NCBI GenBank assembly: GCA_963664705.1 | Contig: OY761556.1 | Coordinates: 6,016,001-6,080,000 of the forward strand | DNA length: 64,000 nt | Direction of reading: 5' to 3' | Source of the DNA: Acidobacteriota bacterium | GTDB taxonomy: Bacteria; Acidobacteriota; UBA6911 | Part shown: positions 38,267-47,138 of the stretch, one piece after another | How the letters are laid out: each line of letters begins with the position of its first letter | How positions within the stretch are numbered: position 1 is the first letter of the stretch | Translations under genes and position numbers: made by a program | Notes under the pieces: model-generated | What the model was told of the DNA's origin: nothing | The model's database searches: none | Seen by the model: the letters and a program-made list of their open reading frames with translations, nothing else

Positions 38267-38569
38267 ATGGAAGGTGAGATGGAACACGCTGAACAGCACG
38301 CGCATGTCGTTCCCTACCGGACATTTGTCCGGGTCTGGCTGCTGCTGATATTTCTTACGGCAGCGCTTGTCGCAACCAGCAAGCTCTGGCACGAAGCCTT
38401 ATCGGTTTGGGCTATGCTGATCATTACCCCGGTCAAGGCGGGCCTTGTCCTGTTCTTCTTTATGCACCTCAAGTACGAAAAGCCCTACTTGCGCGCCCTG
38501 GTGTTTTTGACAATAGGATTGCTGACGTTGGTAATCGGTATACTTTTCTTCGATATTCTATATAGGTGA
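38267..38569 (+). CDS. ctaF: Cytochrome c oxidase subunit IV family protein
   Basis: KAGLVLFFFMHLKYE; three TM segments. Confidence 0.88.
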   Translation: MEGEMEHAEQHAHVVPYRTFVRVWLLLIFLTAALVATSKLWHEALSVWAMLIITPVKAGLVLFFFMHLKYEKPYLRALVFLTIGLLTLVIGILFFDILYR

Positions 38570-38573
38570 TACC

Positions 38574-39542
38574 ATGCCGATCATACCCCAGGCTTCGAGT
38601 GCTGCAGGAAGGGTAGACTCGGTCTTCCTGTTCATCTTTATTCTCTGCGTCGTATTTCTCGTGTGCATCACTGCCGCGCTGATTTATTTCCTGATCAAGT
38701 ACAACCGGAAACGACATCCGCAGGCTGTGGACATCGAGGGAAACGTCGTTCTCGAGACGGTCTGGACCACCGTGCCCATTGTGCTTTTCCTCGTCATGTT
38801 CTTCTATGGCTGGACCGATTATCGCTATATGCGCGAGGCGCCCCGCGAGGCCATGGTGATCGAAGCTACCGGCCGCCAGTGGGCCTGGTCGTTCAAGTAT
38901 CCCAACGGGAAGCGGACCTCAGAACTGATCCTGGCAGCGGATAAGCCGGTAAAGATGGACCTTCGATCGCTGGACGTAATCCACGGCTTCTTTATCCCTG
39001 CATTCCGCATCAAGGAAGATGTGGTTCCCGGGAAAGAAAATTTCACATGGTTTGTGCCAACGCAGCTTGGCTCCTTCGATATCGAATGCACGGTCATTTG
39101 CGGCGTGAGTCACGCGAACATGCTGGCAAAAGTGGTGGTTGTGCCCACTTCTGATTTTGAGGAATGGTATTTTGGCGGCGAGGATGCCCCGCTGCCAAAG
39201 GCAACCCGGAAACCGGCGCCGCATCCGGTGGTCGCAAAGGTCGGAGATGCGGACATTCCAGCGCTGAAAATCATGAATCAGCGATTCTGCCCGACATGCC
39301 ACTCCATTGACGGAAGCGCCCTGGTGGGTCCTACATTCAAAGGACTGTACGGCAGCAAACAAATCCTGGTGGATGCCGAAGGCAAAGAGCATCCGGTTAC
39401 AGCCGATGATATGTATTTGGCGCGCGCCATCAACAACCCCGGCATGGAAACCGTAAAGGGCTATCCACCGGCAATGCCCAAAAACCCTCTGCCTGAGCCT
39501 GAGCTCAAACTGGTTATTGAATATATCAAGACGCTGAAATAG
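38574..39542 (+). CDS. ctaC: Cytochrome c oxidase subunit II with C-terminal cytochrome c domain
   Basis: QWAWSFKYP, DVIHGF, CTVICGVSHANM CuA site; CPTCH and AMP. Confidence 0.94.
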   Translation: MPIIPQASSAAGRVDSVFLFIFILCVVFLVCITAALIYFLIKYNRKRHPQAVDIEGNVVLETVWTTVPIVLFLVMFFYGWTDYRYMREAPREAMVIEATGRQWAWSFKYPNGKRTSELILAADKPVKMDLRSLDVIHGFFIPAFRIKEDVVPGKENFTWFVPTQLGSFDIECTVICGVSHANMLAKVVVVPTSDFEEWYFGGEDAPLPKATRKPAPHPVVAKVGDADIPALKIMNQRFCPTCHSIDGSALVGPTFKGLYGSKQILVDAEGKEHPVTADDMYLARAINNPGMETVKGYPPAMPKNPLPEPELKLVIEYIKTLK

Positions 39543-39545
39543 CAG

Positions 39546-39649
39546 GATTCCAGATTCCAGATTTCAGATTTCAGACCAAGACCGGGGAGTACTCACTGGG
39601 AGTGCCGCCGTCCCGGCTAAGGCCGCATATTATTTGCTCTAATCCCTGG
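39546..39649. repeat. ~100-bp dispersed repeat, copy 2
   Basis: Homologous to 19872-19976; last 22 bp (39628-39649) repeated exactly at 43435-43456. Confidence 0.85.
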
Positions 39650-39721
39650 CCTGGAATGAGGCTGGGGCCCATTGGGAAAGCTGGCGTCTTGCCCAATGAA
39701 GCCGGAAGCACGATGCTTCCC

Positions 39722-39922
39722 AGCCCCAGCGGGGGCGGCCAGAACGTAGCCGGGGGTGAGCGCTTTTTGCGAACCCCCGGATTGAATTAGTCATGTAACA
39801 AGCCCTGACGGGGCGGCAGAATGCTGATCTTTCGCCCCTGGCCGGGGCTCTCTCTCCCCCTTATCGCTACCGGGGGTTCGCTGCGCTTCACCCCCGGCTA
39901 CGATCTCTCGGCCCTCCGGGCC
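39722..39922. repeat. REPIN/MITE-like foldback element, interrupted at its end by an IS
   Basis: CGTAGCCGGGGGTGA-GCGC..GCGAACCCCCGG inverted against CCGGGGGTTCGC-TGCGC-TTCACCCCCGGCTACG; nested GCCCC..GGGGC hairpins; resumes after 41765. Confidence 0.7.
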
Positions 39923-40013
39923 CTGGACTTTGGACATTTGCGTATGTTAAGTTGTTATTTGCTATACATACATACGCAGTTGTGGCATTATCTCTGCAAC
40001 GGAGGTTAATGCC

Positions 40014-40367
40014 ATGAAGAAACTAGATCCGCTAGAACTACAAGATCCGATCCAACTCGCTGTGCTTAATGCCTTCGAGGTGGCACTCGATGCCCAGCTA
40101 CGTGCAATTCGAAAGTTAAAGAATCCCGATTCCGTGAAAGAGCAGCGTACGGCAGGGAGTATGTCACAGATCGATATGGTATACGACATACTTCAACGGG
40201 CAGGCAAGCCGCTACATATTACGGAAATCCTGGAACGTATTGAGAAGGTCTTTGGTAAACAACTGGATAGAGAGTCCGTGGTCTCATCCTTAGTGAAAAA
40301 GGTACGTCGCCACGATCGCTTTCTGCGAACGGACAAGAACGTCTTTGCTCTGAAGCAAGGAGAGTGA
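40014..40367 (+). CDS. IS accessory winged-helix (HARE-HTH-like) protein
   Basis: VYDILQRAGKPLHITEILERIEK...F.RTDKNVFAL; GGAGG SD; GTGA overlap with the transposase start. Confidence 0.75.
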   Translation: MKKLDPLELQDPIQLAVLNAFEVALDAQLRAIRKLKNPDSVKEQRTAGSMSQIDMVYDILQRAGKPLHITEILERIEKVFGKQLDRESVVSSLVKKVRRHDRFLRTDKNVFALKQGE

Positions 40368-41743
40368 TCATGCTGCTGCCCTTCTACCGTTCCTTGTTGG
40401 AGCAGAGTTGGAAGGATGTTTTTAAGCAAGCACGGACACTGAAGCGAGGAATTGACCACGCTTTGACGTGGCCTTCGGCCTTGGGTCGAAGGACGATCTC
40501 GCAGATGATCTGTGTGCAAGGGCGGAATCAGGAAGACTGGAGCGCAGATTACAAGTTTTACTCGCGTAGTCATTGGGACGAGCAGGCATTGTTTGACAGG
40601 ATCTCTGAAGAATATCTGAATCGATATCCGAACAAGCCTGTGGTTCTAGCAGTAGATGACACTCGGATAGTAAAGAGCGGAAAAAAAATCCCAGGGGCCA
40701 GCTGGCAAAGAGATCCTTTGTCGCCTCCGTTTCAAGTAAACATGATTTGGGGGCTTCGGTTTCTGCAAGGATCCTTGCTGTTTCCGCACCATTGCGAGGG
40801 TGAATTCTCTGCGCGGGGTTATCCAGTGGCCTTTAGACACGTACCCGTCGTAAAGAAACCCGGGATCCGTGCCAGTGACCAGCAGCGAGAAGAATACAGG
40901 CGATTGAAAAATGCTAATAATCTTTCCACACAATCGTTGGAATGGATTCAAAACTACCGGAACCAGTTAGACAAGATGAAGGCAACAAATCGCACATTGC
41001 GAATCGTCGCAGATGCGAGCTTCTGTAACCGCTGTTTTTATAAAAACCCTCTCGACCGGACAGAGTTGCTGACACGATGTCGGAAGGACGCCCGCCTGTG
41101 TTTCCCTGCACCCGAGGGCAGTGGCCGGCGATATAGTATCGACATCTTCTCTCCTAAGGATGTCCTCGATTCCCAGCGCGCTGTTTTTAAATGGTGCAAA
41201 ATCTGGATGGGCCAAAGAAGACGCCGTATTCGTTACAAGATAGTGGAAGCCGTTCTTTGGCGACGTGGGGCAGGCACTCGGCAATTGCGATTAATTGTTA
41301 TTGCACCCATACCATATAAGCTCTCGCCCAATGCCTCCCGAAATTTTCGTCAGCCAGGTTATTTGCTGTCGACCGACACCTACAGCCCCGTCCGAGACTT
41401 GATCCAAAGCTACTTTGATCGTTGGCAAATCGAAGTCAATCATAGAGACGAAAAAACTGTGCTTAGCGTCGGACAGGCTCAGGTCTGGTCGATGTCGTCC
41501 GTATCGAAACAGCCGGCCTTGACAGTAGCTTCGTATTCCATGCTTTTGCTGGCAGGGTTGCATTGTTTCGGGCCCGGTCGCGATTTTTGTCGCATCCCTC
41601 TTCCGAAATGGCGATCGAACAGTTCACGCGTTTCTTTGCTCGATTTACTGACCTTGCTACGCACAGAAATCATTGAAACGTCTGTCAAGGAGCCCATTTA
41701 TGCGAAAATGGCCCAAAATCTAACCATTTTCGCTAAAACATGA
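40364..41743 (+). CDS. DDE transposase (IS701-like/IS4 superfamily)
   Basis: VLAVDDT, VADASF, YFDRWQIEVNHRDEK (Y-2-R-3-E-6-K). Confidence 0.9.
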   Translation: MIMLLPFYRSLLEQSWKDVFKQARTLKRGIDHALTWPSALGRRTISQMICVQGRNQEDWSADYKFYSRSHWDEQALFDRISEEYLNRYPNKPVVLAVDDTRIVKSGKKIPGASWQRDPLSPPFQVNMIWGLRFLQGSLLFPHHCEGEFSARGYPVAFRHVPVVKKPGIRASDQQREEYRRLKNANNLSTQSLEWIQNYRNQLDKMKATNRTLRIVADASFCNRCFYKNPLDRTELLTRCRKDARLCFPAPEGSGRRYSIDIFSPKDVLDSQRAVFKWCKIWMGQRRRRIRYKIVEAVLWRRGAGTRQLRLIVIAPIPYKLSPNASRNFRQPGYLLSTDTYSPVRDLIQSYFDRWQIEVNHRDEKTVLSVGQAQVWSMSSVSKQPALTVASYSMLLLAGLHCFGPGRDFCRIPLPKWRSNSSRVSLLDLLTLLRTEIIETSVKEPIYAKMAQNLTIFAKT

Positions 41744-41792
41744 TTTGTTTTTGTCCAAAGTCCAGGGCCCTCCGGGCCTAGCGCAAATAGAA

Positions 41793-43434
41793 CCTGACTT
41801 GACCGGTTTGCGTGAAAAACCAGGGTTCCAAATTTCAAAAGGCTTATAAATAGCGGGTCCAATCAGGGTAGCCACCTCAAAATGTGGTTACTAACGACGG
41901 CTAATAATGCGGCTTTCCGGCTTATACTCGGTGCATGACAAGCTTCATCCGGAAAGTGCGTACTAAAAGCGGAGCTACCGCAGTCCAGATTGTCTACAAA
42001 CGCGGGCGTGTGGTCGTAGGCGTTAAACATATCGGTTCCGCGCATAACAAAACTGAATTGGATATTCTCCTTGTCCGTGCGGAGGAAGTGAAGTCTGCCG
42101 GACAACTCAAGCTGGACCTATTTGGCGACATAGAGCCAGAACTATATCTGGAACGCTCTTATTCAGGCCTTCTGTGGGACGTTCTTGGTCGTGAATACCA
42201 GCGTATCGGATTGGACTGCATCAAAGACGATATTTTCAAACAGCTGGTTCTGGCCCGCATCATAGAACCCACATCAAAGCTCGATACAATAAGGGTTCTG
42301 GAAGAACTCGGACTTAATGCCCCATCAAATTCAGCGATTCACCGCTGTTTAAGACGCATAAACGATAACGGCTATCGAGACAATATTTCCAGCAAGTGTT
42401 TTGAACATGTGAAGCCTTCGGCCCTCACGCTTGTTTTGTATGATGTAACCACGCTTTACTTTGAAATACAGCGAGAGGACGCATACAGAAAGCCAAGGTT
42501 ATCCAAAGAACGCCGTCTGGAGCCGCAGATAACGATAGGGCTATTCGTTGATAAGAGCGGCTTTCCATTGGAGGTGACGAGCTTTCAGGGAAACAAAGCC
42601 GAAGTCAAAACCATCGTGCCGGTACTTCAGGCATTCAAGACACGTCACAGCTTAAAAGAGATAGCAGTTACCGCTGATGCCGCCATGCTTTCTTCTGGAA
42701 ACCTCGATTTTTTGGAGAAGTTGGAATACACATACATCGTCGGCTCACGAATATCAAAATGTCCTTATGAAATCGAAGAATACATAAAATTGCCGGGATC
42801 CACGCTAAAAGACGGCCAGGTCTTCGAGTCCAAAATAAAAGTGACCATAGCCGGAAAGCGGACATGCCGGCGTGCAATCTACCAATTTCGTTCCAGACGC
42901 GCGAGGATAGACCTGGCCAATATTGATAAGCTTCTTGCCAAGGCCCAGAGAATGGTCGATGGTAAGAGCGAAGTGAAACGCAACCGCTTTCTGCAAATCA
43001 TTGGCGAACGGAAGGCGATCAACACCGCTTTAGTAAACAAGGCGAGAATGCGGGCGGGAATCAAAGGCTACATAACGAATCTCAATCTTCCTGCACAACA
43101 GGTTATCGATTATTACCATCAGCTCTTTCAAGTTGAGAAGTCTTTCCGAATAGCAAAATCTGATTTGAAGGCTAGGCCGATCTTCCACCACAAACGCGAC
43201 TCCATTGATGCCCATCTAACGGTCGTATTTGCCGCCCTCGCCATCTCACGTCAAGTTGAGGGTGCAACCAAACTGAGCATCAGGAGATTCGTTCAGAAGC
43301 TAAAGCCACTTCGTACGGGTATTTTATCGATTAACGGCGCAAAACAACTCCTAAAACCACGGGTACCGCAAGAGATTTCCGATATTATCGCTTTTCTCGC
43401 CTCATGATGTGGTTACTAATTCGGTCAAGTCAGG
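41793..43434 (+). mobile_element. IS1634-family insertion sequence, 1642 bp
   Basis: Perfect 13-bp TIRs CCTGACTTGACCG (41793-41805) / CGGTCAAGTCAGG (43422-43434). Confidence 0.9.
41935..43407 (+). CDS. IS1634 family transposase
   Basis: RKVRTKSGATAVQIV, HIGSAH, LARIIEPTSKL, LYDVTTLYFE, ADAAMLS, YHQLFQVEKSFRIAKSDL.ARPIFH. Confidence 0.93.
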   Translation: MTSFIRKVRTKSGATAVQIVYKRGRVVVGVKHIGSAHNKTELDILLVRAEEVKSAGQLKLDLFGDIEPELYLERSYSGLLWDVLGREYQRIGLDCIKDDIFKQLVLARIIEPTSKLDTIRVLEELGLNAPSNSAIHRCLRRINDNGYRDNISSKCFEHVKPSALTLVLYDVTTLYFEIQREDAYRKPRLSKERRLEPQITIGLFVDKSGFPLEVTSFQGNKAEVKTIVPVLQAFKTRHSLKEIAVTADAAMLSSGNLDFLEKLEYTYIVGSRISKCPYEIEEYIKLPGSTLKDGQVFESKIKVTIAGKRTCRRAIYQFRSRRARIDLANIDKLLAKAQRMVDGKSEVKRNRFLQIIGERKAINTALVNKARMRAGIKGYITNLNLPAQQVIDYYHQLFQVEKSFRIAKSDLKARPIFHHKRDSIDAHLTVVFAALAISRQVEGATKLSIRRFVQKLKPLRTGILSINGAKQLLKPRVPQEISDIIAFLAS

Positions 43435-43483
43435 TATTATTTGCTCTAATCCCTGGGACGCGAGTGCTGGCGGAGGATAGTTC

Positions 43484-43512
43484 AAAGCCCCGGTTAGGAA
43501 ACCGGGGCTTTT
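43484..43512. terminator. Terminator-like hairpin
   Basis: AAAGCCCCGGTT-AGGA-AACCGGGGCTTTT. Confidence 0.7.
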
Positions 43513-43891
43513 ATGTTCGCAGCAGATTTTGGTGGCGGGAACGATCCCACTGGGATGAGATCGTCGGAAAAGATGAGTGTTTTGCTCGCGCTTCGCTAAA
43601 ATCCTGAAAGGGGGCGGCGATGTTTATACCGCACGCTCTGTTTGCCCCGCTATCCATGGCCTTTGAAGTCTGCCTCGTCAGTACACCTGGTATTCCATGT
43701 ATTCACGACGCAAGCTTCCGAGATAACCATTAGACTCCAGACGATTTAAAATGTTCAATTCGTGGAAACACTCAAAGAGCCCTACGTAGAAATACCCACG
43801 GCGGCGGATTGCGCCCAATTGTGAAACGCCAATCGTAAATCCCCCATAACCTGTGCTATGCTCCACAATTCGCATCCTTGGAGGACAGCTA

Positions 43892-45202
43892 ATGACCGAC
43901 ACCAAAATCACTCTGCCGGAATCCGAGATTCCAACCCACTATTACAACATTCAAGCGGATCTGCCGACGCCTTTGCCGCCGCCGCTGCATCCGGGAACCA
44001 AAGAGCCGATTGGTCCTGAGGCTCTTGCCCCGATATTCCCGATGGAAATCATCCGGCAGGAGGTAAGCCAGGAACGCATGATAGAAATCCCGGATGAGGT
44101 CCGCGATATCTATCGCCTGTATCGACCCAGCCCGGTTTTTCGAGCTCGAGCTCTTGAGGAAGCGCTCGATACGCCTGCCCGCATTTACTATAAATCCGAG
44201 CATGTCAGCCCGGTTGGCAGCCACAAGCTCAATACGGCGCTGATGCAGGCTTATATTAACAAGAAGGAAGGTGTCAAACGCCTGGCAACCGAAACCGGAG
44301 CCGGCCAGTGGGGAAGCGCTTTAGCCTGTGCCTGCAAGTTGATGGGGCTTGAATGCATGGTTTACATGGTTCGGGTCAGCTATGATCAGAAGCCTTACCG
44401 GCGCATTATGATGAAAACCTACGGGGCCGATGTGATCGCCAGCCCTTCGAAGCTTACTGAGGCCGGGCGGGCCGCTCTGGCAGAAGATCCGAATTGCCCT
44501 GGAAGTCTTGGGCTTGCCATTTCCGAAGCTGTGGAAGATACGGTCAAACGGGACGATACACGCTATGCGCTTGGAAGCGTGCTCAATCATGTACTCCTTC
44601 ACCAGACGATTATCGGCCAGGAAGCCCTTCGACAGATGGAACTGGCGGGCGAATTCCCTGACATCGTCATCGGCTGCCATGGAGGCGGGAGCAATTTCGG
44701 CGGGCTGGCCTTCCCGTTCCTGAGAGAGAAAATCAACGGAAAGCAGAAGAACCTGAGGGCTATTGCCATTGAACCGAGTTCCTGTGCGTCTCTGACCACT
44801 GGAAACCGCGAATATGATTTCGGAGACGTTGCCGGAAACACTCCGCTCCTGATGATGCATACCCTGGGTCATAAGTTTATCCCCCCGCCGGTCCATGCCG
44901 GTGGATTGCGATACCACGGATCCGCCCCGCTGGTCAGCCATGTGCTGGCTTCGAAGCTGATGGAGGCGGAAGCTTATCCGCAGGGAGATGTGTTTGCGAG
45001 CGCCCTGAAATTTGCTCAATGCGAGGGCACGATTCCGGCTCCGGAAAGCGCGCATGCCATTCACAGCACAATCCAGCATGCCTTGAAGGCTCGGGAGTCC
45101 GGAGAAAAGAAGGTCATCCTGTTCTGCCTCTCCGGGCACGGCCATTTTGACCTGGGGGCTTACGAGTCGTATCTGGATGGCACAATGGATCTTAAGGCTT
45201 AG
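43892..45202 (+). CDS. trpB2: TrpB2 (stand-alone tryptophan synthase beta-like PLP enzyme)
   Basis: [50 protein letters not shown]. Confidence 0.93.
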   Translation: MTDTKITLPESEIPTHYYNIQADLPTPLPPPLHPGTKEPIGPEALAPIFPMEIIRQEVSQERMIEIPDEVRDIYRLYRPSPVFRARALEEALDTPARIYYKSEHVSPVGSHKLNTALMQAYINKKEGVKRLATETGAGQWGSALACACKLMGLECMVYMVRVSYDQKPYRRIMMKTYGADVIASPSKLTEAGRAALAEDPNCPGSLGLAISEAVEDTVKRDDTRYALGSVLNHVLLHQTIIGQEALRQMELAGEFPDIVIGCHGGGSNFGGLAFPFLREKINGKQKNLRAIAIEPSSCASLTTGNREYDFGDVAGNTPLLMMHTLGHKFIPPPVHAGGLRYHGSAPLVSHVLASKLMEAEAYPQGDVFASALKFAQCEGTIPAPESAHAIHSTIQHALKARESGEKKVILFCLSGHGHFDLGAYESYLDGTMDLKA

Positions 45203-45231
45203 CTTATTTCATAACAAAGCGAAGTAATCAA

Positions 45232-45301
45232 ACGCCACGAATTGTGCAAATGTGGACGACGGTTCTGACAGGGATCGCGACGTTTGTGCAATGCGTGGCG
45301 T
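45232..45301. repeat. Degenerate ACGCCACGAATT palindromic repeat
   Basis: ACGCCACGAATTG...CAATGCGTGGCGT. Confidence 0.65.
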
Positions 45302-45311
45302 CTTTTTCTAT

Positions 45312-47093
45312 ATGTTGAATTGGATTTCTCTCTTTATCGTATCCGTGATGCTGGCGAGTGTTCCTCTGGCCCCAGCCCAGCGGCCTCCCGCGGAAGAGGT
45401 CGTTGTAACCGCGAATGCTTACCCTATTCCCTTCGAGAATCTCTCCAGGTCTGTGACGGTTTTGAATCGCGACGATATCGAGAGTCTGCCCGTGCATTCG
45501 GTTGCGGATGTTCTTGTTCTGGCGGCCTCGATCGACATGCGGGCTCGCGCTCCCTTCGGACTGCAGGCGGATATCTCCGCGCGCGGCGCCTCCTTTGCCC
45601 AGACCCTGGTTCTTGTGGACGGCGTCCGGATCAACGATTCGCAGACCGGACACCACAATTCCGATTTCCCGGTTCAATTGCAGGATGTGGAGAGGATCGA
45701 GGTTCTGCTTGGCCCGGGATCCTCCATTTACGGGGCGGATGCTTTTGGTGGAACGGTCAACATCATCACGCGGCAAAATGCCGGGAGACTCCGGGGTTCG
45801 ATCTCAGGCGGGCAAAACGGATTCTGGGAAGGCTCGTTCGCAACGGGCTTCAAAAAGGGTGCCATTCGGCAGTCGATCAGCGTTACGGGCAATCGTTCCG
45901 CGGGCTTTGAATATGATCGGGATTTCCGGAATGTCAGCGTCAGTGCCCGGACCGGCGTTGGATCCCATTCCACGGTTTTCGTTTCGCATGTCAACAAGGA
46001 GTTCGGCGCCAATGGTTTTTATGGGCCTTCCCCTTCAAGAGAATGGACGAACCAGACATTTGTCGCTTTTGACCGCAGTTTCGAGCGGAAGTCGGGGAGC
46101 AAGGCGGATCTCCAGGGATACTATCGAACTCACGGAGACCAGTTTTTATACGATACACGGACTCCGGATCTATTCAGGAGCAGCCATCGCACTCATTCCG
46201 CCGGGTTGCTTGCAAAGACGCACTATGCCTTCGCGGACGCAGCCTCGGTTACATTCGGCGGGGAGTTGGGCGGCGACTGGATCGTCTCCAGCAATCTCGG
46301 CGACCATTCCTATTCAAGAACCAGTCTCTTTTCGGAGGTGCAATGGACTTTCGCCAAGAAGGCGGCTCTCTATCCCGGGCTGCGGTTTGATTATTATTCG
46401 AATTTTGGCACAGCAGTAAGTCCCTCACTTTCGGGAAGCTGGTGGGTTGTGCCGCGTATCCGGATCCGGTCATCTATTGGGCGAGCTTTCAGGATTCCAA
46501 CCTTTACCGAGCTGTATTATCACGATCCCAATAACCAGGCTAATGCCGATCTGAAGCCTGAGACTGCCTGGTCTGCTGAGATCGGGTCCGACTTTATTCC
46601 AGCCAGGAGCTGGATGGCTTCCTGGACGCTTTTTGGCCGAAGAGAGAAGAACGTCATTGACTGGGTTCGCACTTCCACATTGGAGAAGTGGCGCACTGCC
46701 AATATGCGGAATCTGCAGACCAGCGGCATCGAGCTTGGTGTTGATCATTCCCTTGGGTCCAGCGCAGGGATTTCCGTTCACTACACGCGGCTATATATCG
46801 ATCCGGGCCCGATTGCGTATATTTCAAAGTATGTGCTCGATTATGCCCGGGATTCCTGGACGGCTTCCGGTTTCCTGCCGCTACCCCTGAAATGGACTTA
46901 TCGGCAAAGCCTGAACTATAAAAGGCGTTCCAACGGCCGCAGTTACTGGCTGCTGGACGGCGGCTTTGAGCGCCGTTTCAGCGGGTTCACTGCGGCGCTC
47001 GATTTCTCCAACCTCCTTAACACGAGCTACCAGGAGGTGGCCGGTGTGAATATGCCCGGCCGCTGGTTCATCCTGACTCTCCGCCGGCAATAG
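45312..47093 (+). CDS. TonB-dependent receptor (BtuB-like plug plus barrel)
   Basis: TonB box EVVVTA; VLVDGVRIND; VERIEVLLGPGSSIYGADAFGGTVNIIT; LKPE; NLLN..Y; MPGRW. Confidence 0.88.
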   Translation: MLNWISLFIVSVMLASVPLAPAQRPPAEEVVVTANAYPIPFENLSRSVTVLNRDDIESLPVHSVADVLVLAASIDMRARAPFGLQADISARGASFAQTLVLVDGVRINDSQTGHHNSDFPVQLQDVERIEVLLGPGSSIYGADAFGGTVNIITRQNAGRLRGSISGGQNGFWEGSFATGFKKGAIRQSISVTGNRSAGFEYDRDFRNVSVSARTGVGSHSTVFVSHVNKEFGANGFYGPSPSREWTNQTFVAFDRSFERKSGSKADLQGYYRTHGDQFLYDTRTPDLFRSSHRTHSAGLLAKTHYAFADAASVTFGGELGGDWIVSSNLGDHSYSRTSLFSEVQWTFAKKAALYPGLRFDYYSNFGTAVSPSLSGSWWVVPRIRIRSSIGRAFRIPTFTELYYHDPNNQANADLKPETAWSAEIGSDFIPARSWMASWTLFGRREKNVIDWVRTSTLEKWRTANMRNLQTSGIELGVDHSLGSSAGISVHYTRLYIDPGPIAYISKYVLDYARDSWTASGFLPLPLKWTYRQSLNYKRRSNGRSYWLLDGGFERRFSGFTAALDFSNLLNTSYQEVAGVNMPGRWFILTLRRQ

Positions 47094-47138
47094 CGGGATG
47101 CATCACGTTTGCCATATTCGTGAAATTCCCGCCAGATA

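Larger units (their letters stand above)
39923..41765 (+). mobile_element. 1843-bp two-ORF insertion sequence (IS4 superfamily, IS701-like DDE)
   Basis: Perfect 14-bp TIRs CTGGACTTTGGACA (39923-39936) / TGTCCAAAGTCCAG (41752-41765); 13-bp TSD GGCCCTCCGGGCC at 39910-39922 and 41766-41778. Confidence 0.92.

Noticed and set aside
39983-39997. Sigma-54-like TGGCAT-N5-CTGC inside the IS
   Set aside because: Imperfect match, and the implied start site would fall downstream of the GGAGG SD of ORF1.
43678-43911. 77-aa minus-strand ORF (also small ORFs at 9190-9423, 9998-10204, 26857-27048, 61298-61564)
   Set aside because: No recognisable motifs or clear SD; they overlap likely promoter regions.
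45203-45311. Cobalamin riboswitch before the BtuB-like receptor
   Set aside because: The gap is only ~110 bp, mostly a palindromic repeat, with no B12-box motifs seen.
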